Shown here in pieces: positions 1 through 64,000 of a DNA stretch of 64,000 nucleotides; positions within the stretch are counted from its first letter, which is position 1, and each line of letters starts with the position of its first letter. Position numbers and translations under genes: made by a program. The notes under the pieces were generated by a model. It was not told the DNA's origin. It saw only the letters and a list, made by a program, of their open reading frames with translations, and ran no database searches. The stretch is taken from contig CM035356.1 of assembly GCA_020137815.1 (NCBI GenBank), positions 6,448,001 to 6,512,000 on the forward strand, given 5' to 3'. Source of the stretch: Hormiphora californensis (Eukaryota; Animalia; Ctenophora).

Positions 1-22120
<22,120 letters not shown>

Positions 22121-25100
22121 GGTGGCTGGTGGCGGTGTCGTGAGGTTCGTTCTCACGTGTCACACACAGATCTCTCCTCTCTCTCTGATTTGTAGCGATC
22201 TTTCTTGCCTTTCACACGCTACTAATTACATAATTTAATATATTAATTAATATATTAATATATTAATTACATAATTTAGAATTAAACAATTGGTATTGGG
22301 ACATAAAGTTTAGTTGGTAGATTCTGTTAATCTCCCAAGTGGAGAAAAGGCCAGTGATCCTCTAAAAACCAACAACAAGGTACGAGCCATTTTAAACTAA
22401 ACCATATCGAATAGTCCTTGGAGCATAATTAGATAACTGGTGCTGGCGAGAGTGCAGCACATGGCTTCATCTTATTGACACTGTATCTGACTATAATAAT
22501 GAGTTGTTGATTTTATGTGCAGGAAATGTGAATTGCATGGTCGCAGTTGAATTCAAACAATCTGATCTCTCCATTGTGTTTGAGATGGGTTGAAAACGTG
22601 ATCAGGAAGCGAAGGATTGTGTAGATGTGTTGCCAAGGAAACAACCATTTTGATATAGGTTGCCAGGGAGTTTTTGATTTGATTTTGAAACATGTAGATT
22701 TGTTGGTTGATGATGGTGGTCGCTGGATGAGTAGCTGCAGAGTTGAATATAAATTGAGTGGATGAAAAGTCGAAAATATTATATCCACATTTGATGAGTT
22801 TCCTGCTGATAAAATGAACAAACTATCAGTGACAATATCGCCTGCTATGATATGACAGCAAATCAAAGATTAAGCAATATAATACACCCGATATAGGACC
22901 ACAGCTGATAAGGATCCGGTCTGTACGCAACCAGGCCCCAGGGTAACCCTCTCTCGCGGCACGAACAGAGATAGAGAGAGAGCGAGGTGTGTGGGGGAGA
23001 GAGTTGCCCTCATGGAAAACCGTTTGCTGCTGCTGCTGGTCACATAGGTCACGTGACATCAACAAGACACGTGATCAGGGGAGGGCAGGGACCACCCGGG
23101 AAAATGTGCATTTAGCACACACACACAAACATTGCCGAACACTAGACCTGGAGGAGGGGTTGGAGGAGAGAAATGAACTCAAGGGGAGGGGGGGGATGGG
23201 GGGAGTTTTAGAGAAGAAATACCACTCCATCCCTGGCCCGGAAAGGGAAATGAGTGGGGAGGACATGCTACTCCTTGGGCACGTCGCGCCCCTCTGTTCC
23301 CAATCCCCTCACACTGCAACCTACAGTACCCAGCCAATGTCACTCCATCCCTGGCAGCTCTGATCCTGACCACTCCCCCTGATCTGGCTCGATATTATTC
23401 GGTTTGGAAATGATCGTTTGGAAAGAATTAGGAAGATTGCATATCTTTCTTAGGAAGATTTAGTCCTTTCTGTGTGATGCATGAATACATACGCAGATAT
23501 TTTCCAAAAGAATTATCGGCTGGAAGCTAATTTACAATCGAATTCCTTCCCCCATCAAAATGAACCCGGTGAATTCTTGATTAGCGCCGCGATTTACGGG
23601 GCTAAAAAGCACATTCGTGGCGTGAATCCAGGTATTTGACGCGTTTTTACCAAATTGCCTAGCAGATTCATGTGTCTTATAATCCTTGGTTGTAAAGCTT
23701 AAAAGGTGGCAATATGGCCAAATGAGAGTTTGTGGATGGATATGTTACTTTTAGTTGGGTTAGTGGATGTAGATCACATAGTGATAAGTAATTCATCACT
23801 TGGGGCTCGGTAGCTCGAATCAAAAGTGGTGTTCAGTTTACATATTAGGGCCAGGTGATTAGTTTGGAGGGAGTGACCCCTGTTGTAAACTCGCGTGGTA
23901 CCTACACAGAGCTGATCCAGGTGAATGGTGATTAGCTCTGTACTGTTCATTGCGGGAACCAACCAATCAGAACTCGTTATTTAGGTCATGTGTCTGGTTA
24001 TCAGCCAATCAGGGACCAGTATTTCCTGATTAACTCTGTACTGTTCATTGGTCTGATTGGTCAGTGAATAGAACTATCCCCCAATTAGTCAATGTCAGAT
24101 CTATTTGTATAGGTTCAATCATACCAGCTCCCATCTTGTTTATCAAACCCAATTCCTCCTTTCTCCCCATTCCACTATTATATTGTCCATCCCCATTATT
24201 ATCTAGCACTCTTTGCAACCCTTACCCCACTCGAGTGGAGTGCAGTCCTTTATCTATCCTGCAAGTCACTCTGACCCCACTTCGAGCTATTATCCAGCCC
24301 TTGCCCCCCCCCCCCCCCTGCAACTCTAACCCTGGACCCCAGTTCGAGCTATTATCTAGCCCTTGTTCCCTCCGCAACTCTTTGTAAGATCCAGGGAGCT
24401 CTAAACTATATGAGTCCTGTGAGAATTAACTCTCTACCCCTCCCCTCCCTCCGTAAGAGTGTATCACCGGAAGATGTCTGCCTAGTTTCATTGAGATGAT
24501 ATTATAGAGGGGGGTGTTGTGCAATGCTTTCTAGATCACGTGATCTCCCAGTTGGTCACGTGACACGATGATCTGGGAGGGGACTCCACTCGCCCTCTCA
24601 GCCCACTGCATCCGGTGTGGTGGCCTCCCTCCCTCCCTCTCTCTCTATGCCTACAGCGCTCCCGGTTAGCTGGTCTGTGTGGTTGGGGAGGCGGTGTACG
24701 TGTAGAGGGGTGATTTTATGGGCTATATCCGGGGTGATAAGCGGGCTAGATATATCGGGGAATGATCGTGGTTTCCTGTTGATGATGTTTTTGTTGAATT
24801 TCGTTTTTTCGGCATAATCTGATGCACTGCATATCTTTTACAATGATCAAGTTTTTGTTGCCCAGATTTTTGTTCTTGACCCACGAAAACGCGATTCGTT
24901 CTTTGAAATCTGATATGTTTGGCTTAAAACAACTCTCTTATGACTACATTATATCTGACGATCTAAATATCCTTTTTAACCTCGTGTAACCCCCTTTGTA
25001 GCCCCTTTGTAACCCCATTGTAAACCCTTTGTAACCCCATGGTAATCCCATAGCAACCACCTTGGTAACCCCATAGTAACCCCTTTGTAACCCCATAGTA

Positions 25101-25239
25101 ACCCCATAGTAACCCCCTTGTAACCCATTTGTAACCCTCCTTATTAGGTTGAAGGTTTTGTAAAGACACCAGTGGATGGTTAGCAGTTTCTAAGGGAAAC
25201 CACATTACTATAGTAACGAGTCGTCAAGAGACGCACAAT
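22121..25239. promoter_or_regulatory. Divergent intergenic/5'-UTR region shared by genes A and B
   Basis: The two ATGs point away from each other 3.1 kb apart. Paired CACGTG E-boxes lie at ~23048-23075 and ~24535-24565. Function is inferred only. Confidence 0.5.

Positions 25240-64000
<38,761 letters not shown>

Overview
This is eukaryotic, intron-rich animal DNA. It is probably a ctenophore of the Pleurobrachia type, an inference from short interspersed repeats I recognise and not verified. Two head-to-head paralogous gel-forming-mucin-like genes fill the window. Gene A is on the - strand (ATG at 22120) and runs off the left edge; gene B is on the + strand (ATG at 25240) and runs off the right edge. 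Both encode signal peptide - basic pro-region - EMI - EGF - three VWD/C8/TIL assemblies - a giant PTS exon of 27-bp (TTTPSTTSS) repeats. After its PTS, gene B carries at least five ~200-aa domains resembling prokaryotic DNRLRE/CBM96 modules, where known mucins have CysD or VWD4/CK; this is the most novel protein-level signal. One intron of gene A holds an apparently full-length R4/Dong-clade RLE non-LTR retrotransposon flanked by (TC)n microsatellite on both sides. It has a well-formed HDV-like ribozyme at its 5' end, a 5'-UTR minisatellite and a nested MITE. Several introns consist of tandem copies of their own splice sites. The long VVDGVVVLE ORFs in the ORF track are antisense shadows of the PTS exons. 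Parts of the PTS arrays and the retroelement look like low-quality assembly.
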